A DNA stretch of 64,000 bases from an uncultured Chloroflexia bacterium (lineage in GTDB: Bacteria; Chloroflexota; UBA6077; JACCZL01), in NCBI GenBank assembly GCA_963765765.1, contig CAVXYC010000030.1, positions 160,001-224,000 of the forward strand. Direction: 5' to 3'. Position numbers and translations under genes: made by a program. Of the stretch, positions 9,819 through 19,937 are shown one piece after another (positions within the stretch are counted from its first letter, which is position 1; each line of letters opens with the position of its first letter). The notes under the pieces are model-generated. The model saw only the letters and a program-made list of their open reading frames with translations. It did no database searches and had not been told where the DNA came from.

Positions 9819-10985
9819 CTATCGCTGCGCCACTGGCTCCTTGAAGTACACCGATGAGCTCGGCAGCTCTTCGGGCTTGAAGCCAAAGAAGCGCGCCGCG
9901 TTATTCCCCAGAACCTTGCGTAGGCGAGTGCCATCGCCAGTGAGCGTCCGCGCAATGGTATTCACGGATTCAGGAAACTCGCAGTCCCAATGCGCGTAGT
10001 CTGACGCGTACATGACCTGGCTCTCGCCGACGAAGTCCAGAACGTAGGGCAGCGTCTGCTCCTCGGGCTCGCAGGTGAAGCTGACTTGATCACTGCGGAT
10101 GATTTCGGACGGCTTTCGCTGCAGGTCAGGCCACTGTGGCCGAAGCTTTTCCTGGTGCTCGTCAAGTCGCTCCATCCAGAAGGGAAGCCAGCCGCAGCCG
10201 CCCTCCATGAAGGCAACCTTCAGGTTGGGAAAGCGATCGAACACGCCCTCGCCAATCATGTGCATGAGCGCGATCATGAGCTCGAACGGAAAGGCGGTAA
10301 CGTGGACGTAGCTGTACTTCTCCATCCGCTCGCTGCCCGCGCCCATGACGCCTGAGACGCCGTATTGGCCGTCGTGACCCGTCTGCGGATGTACAGAAAG
10401 CGGAATGCCAAGCTCCTGCGCCGCCTGGTAGATCGGATCGAATCGACGATCACCGAGATTGATCCCGTACACATTGGTCGGCAACATCGCGCTGGCAAGC
10501 CCATGCTCAACAAGGAAGGCCAGCTCTTCCGCGGCTCGGCTCGGGTCCTGGCAGGGAATGAGCCCCACACCCTTGAGTCGCTTGGGGTCAGCCGAGCAGT
10601 AGTCAATGAGCCAGCGATTCACGGCGTGGCAGACGGCCGTCGAGAGCCCCTTGTCCTGGAGGCCGTTGACCGTGAGCGCGATGGACGTGCCAAAGATGAC
10701 CGCGACGTCTATGCCCTCTTCGTCCATGTCGGGCAGTCGCTTGCTCGCGTCGCGCATCCCGGGCCGTGAACCCACGATGTGCGGAGCAAACGGGCCGCTC
10801 ACACCTGGACCGAGGCCCTCGCTCTTGCCCCACACCCGACCCTCGAGCAGCATTCGAGGTTGGCCCAGATTGTCAGTGATTTTCCTGGGCGCTCGACTTA
10901 CATACTCCGCGGGCAGCCAATCCGCCAGTCCATCCTCTGGCTCCTGGCAATGGCCGTCGGCGTCGATAACAAGGTCAATGGGCAT
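9819..10985 (-). CDS. Amidohydrolase family protein (Amidohydro_2, decarboxylase/hydratase-like)
   Basis: IDADGH, DMDEEGIDVAV, PLSVHP, GVFDRFPNLKVAFMEGGCGW, MYASDYAHWD. Confidence 0.9.
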   Translation of the reverse strand: MPIDLVIDADGHCQEPEDGLADWLPAEYVSRAPRKITDNLGQPRMLLEGRVWGKSEGLGPGVSGPFAPHIVGSRPGMRDASKRLPDMDEEGIDVAVIFGTSIALTVNGLQDKGLSTAVCHAVNRWLIDYCSADPKRLKGVGLIPCQDPSRAAEELAFLVEHGLASAMLPTNVYGINLGDRRFDPIYQAAQELGIPLSVHPQTGHDGQYGVSGVMGAGSERMEKYSYVHVTAFPFELMIALMHMIGEGVFDRFPNLKVAFMEGGCGWLPFWMERLDEHQEKLRPQWPDLQRKPSEIIRSDQVSFTCEPEEQTLPYVLDFVGESQVMYASDYAHWDCEFPESVNTIARTLTGDGTRLRKVLGNNAARFFGFKPEELPSSSVYFKEPVAQR

Positions 10986-11007
10986 CAGAGTCCTCCGAGG
11001 GGCTGCC

Positions 11008-11397
11008 TCAGTGCTCTTGCTGGTCTTCTAGCGTGTAGAGCTGGAGGCGATGGCCGTCTGGGTCTTCAAAATAGACGCAGTCCTCGTCACCTGGGCGACC
11101 GTGAACCTTGATTCCCTGCGCTTCGAGCGCCGCTTTCACGCCGGCCTTGGTTCCGTCAGCCATGCGGAGAGCTAGATGATTCACCGCGGTGCTCGTGTCC
11201 AGCGTCTGGCCTTCAGGAAGCGTAAATAGCCCAAGCTGGTTGCTGCCGGCGCGAAGGAACACCTGCCGCCCCCGATCGCGATCGATCTCGAAGCCCAGAA
11301 TGTCGCAGTAAAACCGTTTCGAGCGCTCGACGTCGTTGACGTGCAGGACGATGTGGTCGAGTCCGGTAACCTGGACCACCGGTTTTGCTTCGATCAT
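11008..11397 (-). CDS. VOC/glyoxalase family protein
   Basis: GLDHIVLHVNDVERSKRFYCDILG, NHLAL, YFEDPDGHRLQL; start MIEAKP after AGAGGA. Confidence 0.9.
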   Translation of the reverse strand: MIEAKPVVQVTGLDHIVLHVNDVERSKRFYCDILGFEIDRDRGRQVFLRAGSNQLGLFTLPEGQTLDTSTAVNHLALRMADGTKAGVKAALEAQGIKVHGRPGDEDCVYFEDPDGHRLQLYTLEDQQEH

Positions 11398-11486
11398 GGC
11401 AGTGTTCCTCTCTTCTCGTGGACCTCTCACACAGGCGTACAATAGCACCCAACGGAGCCCGTATCAACGATCTCAGGAGACAAAAC

Positions 11487-12059
11487 ATGGCCGTAAGTGA
11501 ACGCACGTCGGTGGTCCAGGTGATCGGTCTGCACCACGCCGGTCTCCCCTGTAACGACTTGGATCGCGCTGTGGACTTCTATACGCGAGTGCTTGGCTTT
11601 GAGCATCTCCGGTCCAATAAGAGTCCGGATGACCGAGGGCATTTTCTGGGCAACGCAACCCCGCCAGAATTCCAGGTTGACGACCCCGTTGCGCAGGCTG
11701 ATTTCGACGAGTATGTCGCGAGCTTCCAGCGTCAGTATCCGGGCGAAACCCCGGCAAGCAATTTTGCTCGCATGCGCGCAGGAAATTTCGAGCTGGTTCT
11801 CTTCAAGCGCCTCAAGCCTACGGATGCGCCCAAGCAGACCGAGGTGGGCATCTTCCATACCTCCCTGCATGTCTCCAAGGCGGACCTCGATCGACTGATT
11901 GAGCTCAAGGAGCAGGGCGACAGCGGAATCAACTTCCACAATGGACCAGTACTCCGCTGGCCACATGGTCGAGCAATGTACCTCTGGGATACCGAGGGTA
12001 ACTACATCGAGCTGGAATCAGAGGAAGATCTGCCGGCTGCGTTTGGCGCGGCGCACTAA
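11487..12059 (+). CDS. VOC/glyoxalase family protein with internal insertion
   Basis: GLHHAGLPCNDLDRAVDFYTRVLG, FHTSLH, YLWDTEGNYIEL; RBS AGGAGA before ATG 11487. Confidence 0.85.
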   Translation: MAVSERTSVVQVIGLHHAGLPCNDLDRAVDFYTRVLGFEHLRSNKSPDDRGHFLGNATPPEFQVDDPVAQADFDEYVASFQRQYPGETPASNFARMRAGNFELVLFKRLKPTDAPKQTEVGIFHTSLHVSKADLDRLIELKEQGDSGINFHNGPVLRWPHGRAMYLWDTEGNYIELESEEDLPAAFGAAH

Positions 12060-12077
12060 GGGCGGTTTCTCTTCAAA

Positions 12078-12167
12078 GGGAGGCCCTACCCCAGCCCTCC
12101 CGCTCAGAATCTATCCAGATTCGACCCCCTCCCCGCGCACGGGGAGGGCTGGGGTAGGGTTCCTCCC
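12078..12167. repeat. REP-like palindromic element
   Basis: CCCTACCCCAGCCCTCCC (12084-12101) and its perfect reverse complement (12142-12159), plus internal CCCTCCCC-GCGCAC-GGGGAGGG hairpin; lies between convergent genes. Confidence 0.8.
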
Positions 12168-12269
12168 CAGCTTGATCCGCATCAGGAAACCCCGAGGGAA
12201 ACGCCAGAACGCTCCCTAGATGCACTGTGCGGGTCGATGCCGCAGCTGAGGCTCGGCTCTGCGAGCTAG

Positions 12270-12500
12270 TCAGGGATAAATCGGCCGGCCGTGCTGGTCC
12301 AGCAGCACTATGGCCGCACAAGGACAATCCTTGGCGACGGCGTAGAGGGATGCTTGATCCATCGTTTGCCCGTCAGGGTCGATGACAGTGCTGAGCTTTT
12401 CTTCATCGAGTTGAAAGACGCTCGGGGCGTTCGCGACGCAGCATCCAGTTCCGATGCATCGAGCGCGATCCACCGTGACCTTCATCACTGAAACCTGCAT
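12270..12500 (-). CDS. Single-cluster ferredoxin, probably [3Fe-4S]
   Basis: MKVTVDRARCIGTGCCVANAPSVF...CPCAAI: C-x2-T-x2-C...CP motif. Confidence 0.88.
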   Translation of the reverse strand: MQVSVMKVTVDRARCIGTGCCVANAPSVFQLDEEKLSTVIDPDGQTMDQASLYAVAKDCPCAAIVLLDQHGRPIYP

Positions 12501-12693
12501 GAACGTGCCTTTCGGGGGCGTCAGCCGACCTGATCGGATTGTAGCACCGCCTTCTCCAGGTCGCTAAGCAATACGTGCCTGAATAGGTCCGCGAAACGAA
12601 CTGACGCGACATCGTAATCCAAATCAGCATGGTTGCGCTGGCACGGTCTGTGCGAATTCAGTAGCTTCTGGTCGAAGCACAGGGAGGTGCGGC

Positions 12694-13074
12694 ATGATCA
12701 GCCAGGCACATTCGAGCACTGTCCGCACGCGAAGCGCCGCCGAAGAAGTGCTTCACCATCTGGAGTCATGGTGGCGGCATAGTGTGGTCGAGCGAGGAAA
12801 CGACTTCTCCGGGGATGCCCGTTTTCACCTGGGCCAGGCTCGCCGATCATTGGATCACGGCGACTGTATCAAGGCAGAGCGTGAAGCAGCCAGAGCGCTG
12901 GAGCTCGATAGCGTCAGCCCTTGGGCGCTTGTCGTACTCGGACGGTGCGCGCTCGCCCAGCATCGACCAAACGATGCGGTCGTTGCCTTTTCGCGCGCAC
13001 AACGCCGCGCGCCCCGCAACGGCTACATCACCGCGCTTCTTCGAAAGGCGTACAGCGCGACGAGTGATGAGTAA
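12694..13074 (+). CDS. Small tetratricopeptide-repeat protein
   Basis: RBS GGAGG; TPR-like helices AEREAARALELDSVSPWALVVLGRCALAQHRPNDAVVAFSRA...P.N. Confidence 0.7.
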   Translation: MISQAHSSTVRTRSAAEEVLHHLESWWRHSVVERGNDFSGDARFHLGQARRSLDHGDCIKAEREAARALELDSVSPWALVVLGRCALAQHRPNDAVVAFSRAQRRAPRNGYITALLRKAYSATSDE

Positions 13075-13144
13075 TGGGTCATAAGAAATAAGTGGACCGT
13101 GTGTGCCGCTACTCATTATTCATGACCCATCACTCATCACTCGT
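13060..13144. repeat. Inverted repeat built from heptamer units, between convergent genes
   Basis: Left arm GAGTGAT GAGTAAT GGGTCAT AAGAAAT AAGT; right arm reverse complement GAGTGAT GAGTGAT GGGTCAT GAATAAT GAGT. Confidence 0.75.
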
Positions 13145-13158
13145 GTGACTCGCCTGAC

Positions 13159-13449
13159 CTACCTCGTCCTGTTGTAAACGTAATCCTCTCGAGTCGCTTC
13201 ACCGGCCCGCAGGTCGGGATTGATTGAGGCTCGGGTCTTATTGACTTCTGAGTGCACGGCCAGGGCTTCTTCGTCGGCCCAATGCTCCAGGATCACCAGC
13301 TTATCGGGATCGAGTGTGCTCTGGAATAGCTCGAACTGAATGCAGCCGGGCTCCTTTTGCACGTCGAGACACCGTTCCTTATAGGCCGATGCCAGCTCAC
13401 CACCTTTTCCGGGCGTGGCGGTGATGCTGATGATGAGACGAACAGCCAT
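13159..13449 (-). CDS. Antibiotic biosynthesis monooxygenase (ABM)/putative quinol monooxygenase
   Basis: KEPGCIQFELFQS..DPDKLVILEHWADEEALAVH; RBS AGGAGA. Confidence 0.88.
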   Translation of the reverse strand: MAVRLIISITATPGKGGELASAYKERCLDVQKEPGCIQFELFQSTLDPDKLVILEHWADEEALAVHSEVNKTRASINPDLRAGEATREDYVYNRTR

Positions 13450-13680
13450 GAAATCTCCTTCCGGACGCTCTAGCGCTGCTGCGCCGAGCATGCGCTAGCA
13501 TACAGCGCAATCGCGCCAGAAGGGGCCCATACAAGCAATAACAGCGACGAACGCTGGAAGGGGCTTCGCCTGGCCGGAGTCCAGGCTTCTATCGAGGGCT
13601 ATGGCAGGCTTTTCTCCGTACCACGTGATGCCTGATACGCGGTCCGCCACACGACCCATCGTGAGAAAAGAGGATTGACC

Positions 13681-14667
13681 ATGCGCTACCGGCCGCTGGG
13701 CTCAACCGGCGTGAGCATTTCTGAGATTGGCGTAGGCTGCGGCGGCACCAGTGGTCTCATGGGCCGCGGTAGCGCGGAGCAGCGCCGCGCGGTCGTGTCG
13801 CGTGCGCTGGAGCTGGGAATCAACTACTTCGATACGGCCCCGGCTTACGATGGGACGCGCTCGGAGACTGGCCTGGGCGAGACCCTGAAGGAGCTCGGCG
13901 CTCGCCCGATCATCGGGACAAAGGTTCGCCTCGAGCCATCGGACCTGGTCGATATCCCGGGCGCGGTGACAAAGTCGGTCGAAGACAGCTTGCGTCGCCT
14001 ACAGGTGGAAACCATCGATCTCCTTCAGGTTCACAATCGCCCGGGGATGGCGCTGCGTGCGTGGGACCATGATGTCCTGGGCGTGAACGAGCTGCTTGGA
14101 CCACGAGGCGTGGTGGAGACGCTCGAGCGCCTGCGTGAGCAGGGGAAGATTCAACACATTGGCTTTACTGCGATCGGGGAAGTCACGGCTTTCGACGCGC
14201 TGGTGGAGAGCGGTCGACTGGAGGCGGTCCAGTCCTATTTCAATCTTTTGAATCCCAGCGCGGGCATGCACGTCCCGGTCGGATTCCGAGGCGCGGATTA
14301 CGGGATGATCATCGAGCGCGCCGGCGCGAAGGGCCTGGGCGTACTGGTGATTCGTGCGCTGGCTGCCGGCGCCCTTACCTCGCTGACCGCGCTCCATCCG
14401 TTAGCAGGCGGATGGTCACAGCGAGCCTCCCATGAGGTGGAGGCAGACAGAGCTCGTGCGCGGTCGCTCTCCTGGCTGCTAGAGGGCACGGACGACACTA
14501 TCTCCCAGGTGGCGCTCAGATTTGCCCTAACCAAGCCGGAAACTTCCACCGTGCTGGTCGGATTCTCGGATGTCAGCCAGGTGGACGAGGCATGTGCGGT
14601 GTCTGGTAAGCCTCCCATCCCGACTGAGCATCTGGAGAAGCTGAAGGGCTTCTACTTCGCGGACTGA
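13681..14667 (+). CDS. Aldo/keto reductase
   Basis: MRYRPLGSTGVSISEIGVG, GINYFDTAPAY, SLRRLQVETIDLLQVH, VALRFAL. Confidence 0.92.
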   Translation: MRYRPLGSTGVSISEIGVGCGGTSGLMGRGSAEQRRAVVSRALELGINYFDTAPAYDGTRSETGLGETLKELGARPIIGTKVRLEPSDLVDIPGAVTKSVEDSLRRLQVETIDLLQVHNRPGMALRAWDHDVLGVNELLGPRGVVETLERLREQGKIQHIGFTAIGEVTAFDALVESGRLEAVQSYFNLLNPSAGMHVPVGFRGADYGMIIERAGAKGLGVLVIRALAAGALTSLTALHPLAGGWSQRASHEVEADRARARSLSWLLEGTDDTISQVALRFALTKPETSTVLVGFSDVSQVDEACAVSGKPPIPTEHLEKLKGFYFAD

Positions 14668-14673
14668 CCGGCA

Positions 14674-14717
14674 GAGCCGCACCCCGTGAGGGTGCGGCTT
14701 CCTCACGGGGGCGGCTC
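14674..14717. terminator. GC-rich stem-loop after AKR gene (two alternative folds)
   Basis: AGCCGCACC/GGTGCGGCT hairpin, or GAGCCGC-A-CCCCGTGAGG pairing with CCTCACGGGG-GCGGCTC. Confidence 0.5.
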
Positions 14718-14810
14718 GGAGGCCGGTTGGTATGGGTGGACTGTTCGAGATGTATTTGCCGATCCGCTATGTGCGATCCGCGCTACGATACGGACCACGG
14801 AGGTAGACGG

Positions 14811-15356
14811 ATGGCACGCTTAGAGGCAATCACCAGGCGAGAGCAGGTGGCTCCCGAACATCAGGCGACCTTTGATGCAATCGTGGCAAGCCGAGGCACG
14901 GTGCAGGGGCCGTTCACCATGCTGATGCATCACCCTGAGCTCGCCGAACGCGTGGGCGAGCTGGGAGCATTGATACGGTTCGAGGGCACTTTGGACATGC
15001 GCGCCCGCGTGCTGGCAGCTATGACTGTGGCACGCGAATTCGAGGCAATGTACATATGGGGAGCACAGACTTCTGGAGCCAGGAAGCTTGGCGTTCCGGA
15101 ATCCACGATTGACGCCATTCGCGAGAAGCACAGTCGCGGGCTCTCAGCGGAAGATGCTCAGGTTGTGGACTACACACGACAGCTGCTTAGCAAGCATCGT
15201 ATTGATGATGCGACTTTCAACACCCTGGCAGACCGATTCGGAAAGCAGGATTTACTTCAGCTCGCGTGTACCGTCGGCTACTACAGCTTCCTCTCAATGG
15301 CGGCGAACACCGTGGAGCTGGATGTGGGCCCGGACGCGGAAGTCCTGAATGTGTGA
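14811..15356 (+). CDS. Carboxymuconolactone decarboxylase (CMD/AhpD-like) family protein
   Basis: SRGTVQGPFTMLMHHPELAERVGELGALIRFE, ARKLGV..STIDAI, DLLQLACTVGYY; RBS GGAGG. Confidence 0.85.
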   Translation: MARLEAITRREQVAPEHQATFDAIVASRGTVQGPFTMLMHHPELAERVGELGALIRFEGTLDMRARVLAAMTVAREFEAMYIWGAQTSGARKLGVPESTIDAIREKHSRGLSAEDAQVVDYTRQLLSKHRIDDATFNTLADRFGKQDLLQLACTVGYYSFLSMAANTVELDVGPDAEVLNV

Positions 15357-15412
15357 GTTGCAGCGGGCGATCGTCCCGGGCACCTTCGATTCAATACAAT
15401 TGGAGCCGGGAA

Positions 15413-16400
15413 TCAGGACCCGACGAGACCCAGCTTCTGGACCACCGGTCCATAGAATGCGTAGTCGTTCGCGAGCTGCTTTTGCGCGTCCGCGGAATTG
15501 CGGTAATCCACCGTCTGACCCGCGTCGTCCGCAAACTTCTTGAAGGCCGGATCGTCGGTGATCTTCTTGACCATGTCTTGAAGCGCCGTTATGACCTGGT
15601 CCGGCTGTCCCCTGCGGAGCGATCATCATGTGGTACTCGCTCCTGGTGATGTCATACCCTTGATCCTTGAACGTCGGCACGTCGGGAAAGAGAGCACTCC
15701 GCTTCTCGGCTGGCACACCGAGAATCCGAACAGTGCCCGCCTGCACGTGACCGATGACGCTGGACGCTGACGTCGTGGTGGCTTCAATGTGTCCACCAAG
15801 TACCGCGGGAATGCTCTCGCCACCACCGCCGAGTGGCACAAACGTGAACTCTGCGCCCGTTGTAGCCTTGAGCTCCTCAAGATCCAGGTGGCCTACCCCG
15901 CCGCGAGTGGCAATCCCAACTCGGAGTGCTCCCGGATTGGACTTGCCGTAATCCACGAAGTCTTTCATGTCCTTTAAGGGCGCGTCCGACTTCACGATGA
16001 CGACGGTAGTCCCCTCGGCGATCTTGGCAATCGTCTTATAAGACTCCGGCCCCTTGTAGGCCACCTCGGTGATGTGCGGCTGAATAGCCAAGGCCGCGGA
16101 TGTGGCATAGCCGAGGGTGTAGCCATCGGGTGCTCCGCGCAGTGCTTCAAGCACACCCACGGTCGCGCTACCGCCGGGTCGATTCACCACCGAGATCGGC
16201 TGGGTGATGTGGTCCTTCGACATGTCCGCGATCTTCCGTGCAACCAGGTCGGTGCTTCCCCCAGCCGCGTAGGGAACGATCATCGTGATTGGCCGCTCAG
16301 GGTATTTCGAGCTCCCGCCCCGAGACAAGCCTGGTAGGGAGCAGGCTGTCATCATGAGCGTTAGTGCTCCCAGCGCCAAGAATCGTCCATTCATCACCAT
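15413..16400 (-). CDS. tctC: Tripartite tricarboxylate transporter substrate-binding lipoprotein (TctC/Bug), frameshift near 15605
   Basis: Lipobox MTAC, YPERPITMIVPYAAGGSTD, NRPGGS, PDGYTL, PDVPTFKDQGYD. C-terminus (...KKITDDPAFKKF...KLGLVGS*) continues in another frame to the stop at 15413. Confidence 0.85.
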
Positions 16401-16505
16401 ATTTCTCCTCCCACCATCGCACCTGAGAGATTCGATGGTACTCAGCCCGAACACCGCTGAACCGTTATTATGACCCGAGACGGGAATTGCTGAGCCAGGG
16501 CGTCT

Positions 16506-16599
16506 ATTGTCGACACTTATTGCAGTACCGTCAACCATTTGCTCGCTCATACTGTGACTATCGCAATCGCTTGACACTAGATTGTCTACAATCGACAAT
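16506..16599 (+). promoter_or_regulatory. Sigma70-type promoter with overlapping palindromic (GntR-type) operators
   Basis: TTGACA (16571-16576)-N17-GACAAT (16594-16599); near-palindrome GATTGT-CT-ACAATC (16580-16593) in the spacer; related ATTGTCGACACT at 16506-16517. Confidence 0.6.
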
Positions 16600-16654
16600 T
16601 TACGCCGAAACCGACCCCCAAACGTCGACTGCATAGCCACCTTGGAGAGACGAC

Positions 16655-17939
16655 ATGCTGAGCCGTGAGGACAATGAGCTACTCACCCGCGTGGGACCAG
16701 GCACGCCGCTGGGCAATCTTTTCCGCCGATTCTGGCTGCCGGGAGTGAAGATCTCAGAGCTACAGCCCGACGGTCCTCCCGTTCGAACTCGAATTCTTGG
16801 TGAGGACCTGCTAGCGGCCCAATTCACGGACGGCAGCTACGCTCTTCTCGGGGTGAATTGCCCTCATCGCGGGGCATCGCTGTTCTTCGGGCGCAACGAA
16901 GAGGACGGTCTGCGCTGCGTCTACCATGGTTGGAAGTTCGACGTAAACGGCAACTGCGTGGACATGCCCAACGAGCCGCCAGAGTCAAACTTCAAGAGCA
17001 AGGTTCACCATACCGCGTATCCCGCGCGTGGCTGGGGTGGCTTCGTCTGGGTGTATATGGGGCCGACTGACTTGAAGCCGGAGCTTCCCGAGCTCGAGTG
17101 GGCACACGTGCCCGACAACCAGCGCAATATCGGACGATGGACTCATCAGGCCAACTGGCTGCAGGTGCTGGAAGGCGATATCGATTCATCGCACAGCATG
17201 TTCTTGCATAGCGCAATGGATCCAAGGCTCCAGCAACGGTCGCGCCGCTTTGGTGTGATGCGGGATCGATCGCCGGTGCTGGCCGTTCAGAATACCGACT
17301 ACGGAATTGTCTACGGGGCGCGATACAACACCGTCGACCAAACGCACAACTGGCGACTGACGCAGTGGATGATGCCTTCGCACACCATGATCGCCAGCAA
17401 GCAGTTCCCCGTGGGTGGCCGTGTCTACGTGCCGGTCGATGACGAGCATGTCAACATTTTCAATTACCGTTACCATCCGGAGCGGCCGTTCAATGAGGAC
17501 GAGCTTGCTTTCTATAAGACCCCGCTGGGTGTGCCCCGGAATGAGCCGGGCAAATTAAGGCTTTCAGACGGCACGCAGATCGACACGTTCGCGCTTATCG
17601 CCAATCGCGATAATGACTATCTGATTGATCGCGCAATGCAACGCACTGGGAATTACACGGGCATCGCCGGCATTCAGGAGCAGGACAAGGCCATGACCGA
17701 GAGCATGGGTGTGATCTGCAATAGAACCCGTGAGCACCTGGGGACGTCGGACGTTGCGATCATCGCTGTCCGCCGACGACTGTTGCGGCTGATTCACGAC
17801 CTGGAGGCCGGAATCGAGCCGGCGGCCGCCTCCACCGGGTAGAGCCTACAGCGTGCGATCACTCGACGTGGTGACCGAGCACCGCACCCTGCCTGAGGTC
17901 CTGGCCGCATTTCAATCGAATCTGCTCGCGGCCGTTTAG
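16655..17939 (+). CDS. Rieske non-heme iron oxygenase alpha subunit (phthalate 4,5-dioxygenase/LigX family), frameshift near 17840
   Basis: CPHRGASL...CVYHGW Rieske motif, EGDIDSSHSMFLH and QDKAMTESMG mononuclear Fe ligands; last ~30 aa (AYSVRSLDVV...LLAAV*) in another frame. Confidence 0.9.
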
Positions 17940-17947
17940 GCGATCTC

Positions 17948-18412
17948 TTGATCGCGCAACCTTATCGACTGGCCGTCCTCGTTGTATGCGGCGTGTGTGT
18001 CCTATTGCCGGGTGTATTTTTTCGAGGCACTTCGGTATCCCTGGCACGTTAGCCGCGCCCGGGCCGGGCCTCTATCCAATGTTCGTGGCGGCGTTGATCC
18101 TGATCGGCGCGCTCGGCACGGGAATTGAAGCGTTCAACCAGAAAACCGACGAGGCTTTGGACTGGCCGCAAGGCGCCGCGGCCCGGCGCGTGGCCATCGT
18201 TCTTGGCGCGGTGATCGGCTACATTTTGCTCCTTCTCTACCTCGGCCATGCGATCTCTGGGCACGCTGTGCGCCCTGGTGATCTTGCGCGCGATGGGTAT
18301 GAAGAGCTGGCCGCGAACCATAGGGCTGGCCCTCCTTGCGGGAGTAGGCTCCTATCTTTTGTTCACTCTTGCACTCGATGTTCCGCTGCCGGCCGGCGTG
18401 TTGTTGGACTAG
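17948..18412 (+). CDS. tctB: Tripartite tricarboxylate transporter small membrane subunit TctB (frameshifted)
   Basis: GTLAAPGPGLYP motif, about four TM segments, C-terminal LDVPLPAGVLLD*; directly upstream of tctA. Confidence 0.72.
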
Positions 18413-18415
18413 GCA

Positions 18416-19932
18416 GTGAATTCACTCGAGGGACTGCTCTACGGCCTGTCCGTGGCGCTCACCCCTGAGAATCTCCTCGCGGCGCTCATTGGCGGGCTCA
18501 TCGGGACGTTTGTAGGCGTGCTGCCGGGCATCGGCCCTGTGGGGGCCATGGCGATTTTGCTCTCGACAACCTCGGCGCTCCGCCCCGAGACGGCGCTGAT
18601 CATGCTGGCCGGGATCTACTACGGGGCGATGTACGGTGGATCCACACATCTATTCTGGTAAACGTGCCTGGTGAGGCGGCGTCCATTATGACGGCGGTGG
18701 ATGGTTACCAGATGGCTCGTAAGGGGCGAGCCGGGGCGGCGCTATCAGTTTCCGCGGTGGGATCTTTCATCGCCGGAACTATCGGTGTCGTCGGGCTGAT
18801 GCTCTTCGCCCGGCACCGGCGCAATCTGCGCTAGCGTTTGGACCGCGGAGTACTTTATGTTGGCGCTTCTGGGGTTGATGGCGCTGTCGCGAGTGTCCGG
18901 CGGGTTCGTCTGGCGGGGTCTACTGGCGCTGGGCCTTGGTCTCGCGTTCGCTACAGTGGGTACAGACATCGTTGCCGGGCGTTCTAGGTTTACGTTTGGT
19001 AATGTCCCCCTTTCGCAGGGCATAGAGATTGTTCCGGTCGCTGTCGGCTTGTATGGCCTTGCCGAAGTGCTCATTGTCGCAGAGCGATCGGGAGGAGTTG
19101 TAAGCGTGCTCGGCGTCAAGTTTCGCGAGCTCTTCCCATCGCTTGCGGAATGGAAGCGGGCCATGCCGCCAATTTTCCGTGGAACTTTTCTCGGATTCGC
19201 GTCGGTCTACTTACGGGCCATCTGGTGTGATCTCAACCTTCATGTCCTATCGCCTGGAGCGACGGCTTTCCAAGCACCGAGGAATTTGGACATGGTGCAA
19301 TTGAAGGCGGGCAGGACCAGACGGCCAACAATGCCGCCACCAGCGGCCACATGGTCCCGCTCCTTGCGCTGGGGCTCGGATTCGGCCCGTCCGTGGCCAT
19401 GCTGCTAGCCGCGCTTACCATGCAAGGCGTTCAACCTGGTCCGTTGCTCATGCAGCAGCGCCCCGAGGTGTTCTGGGGTGTGGTGGCGTCGATGTACGTG
19501 GGCAACGTCATGCTCCTGATTCTCAATCTGCCCCTTGTTGGAATGTGGGTCAGCCTTCTGAGGCTTCCACAGTCAGCACTCCTGGCCTTTATCACGATGT
19601 TCATGCTGATCGGCGCCTACAGCGTCAATAACAGCATGCTCGATCTGGTGATATTGGTGGTCATGGGTATGCTCGGATTCGTGTTCAAGAAGCTGCGCTT
19701 TGAGCTCGCGCCATTGGTGCTCGCTCTCGTTCTCGGTCCGTATCTGGAAAGGTCACTTGCGCAGAGTTTGATCATCAGTCACGGTGATCCGACAGTGTTC
19801 GCAACACGACCGATCAGCGGCGTGATGACGGCCCTGCTCGTTCTCATGGTTGCGTGGCCTTTGATCGCAAAGCTGCGCTCGCGCCCCTTCCGGATCCGTG
19901 GGCCCGGCGAAGAGACTTTCGGAACTGCCTAG
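18416..19932 (+). CDS. tctA: Tripartite tricarboxylate transporter large membrane subunit TctA (several frameshifts)
   Basis: Fragments 18416..18661, 18857..19408, 19351..19932: [32 protein letters not shown]...[47 protein letters not shown]. Confidence 0.88.
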
Positions 19933-19937
19933 TGACC

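Noticed and set aside
13060-13144. Periodic repeat as a CRISPR array
   Set aside because: Units are 7 nt without spacers, and there are no cas genes in the window.
18416-19932. Programmed frameshifting or phase variation in tctA and other split genes
   Set aside because: Breaks are numerous, scattered over unrelated genes and lack consistent slippery-site signals; sequencing error is more parsimonious.
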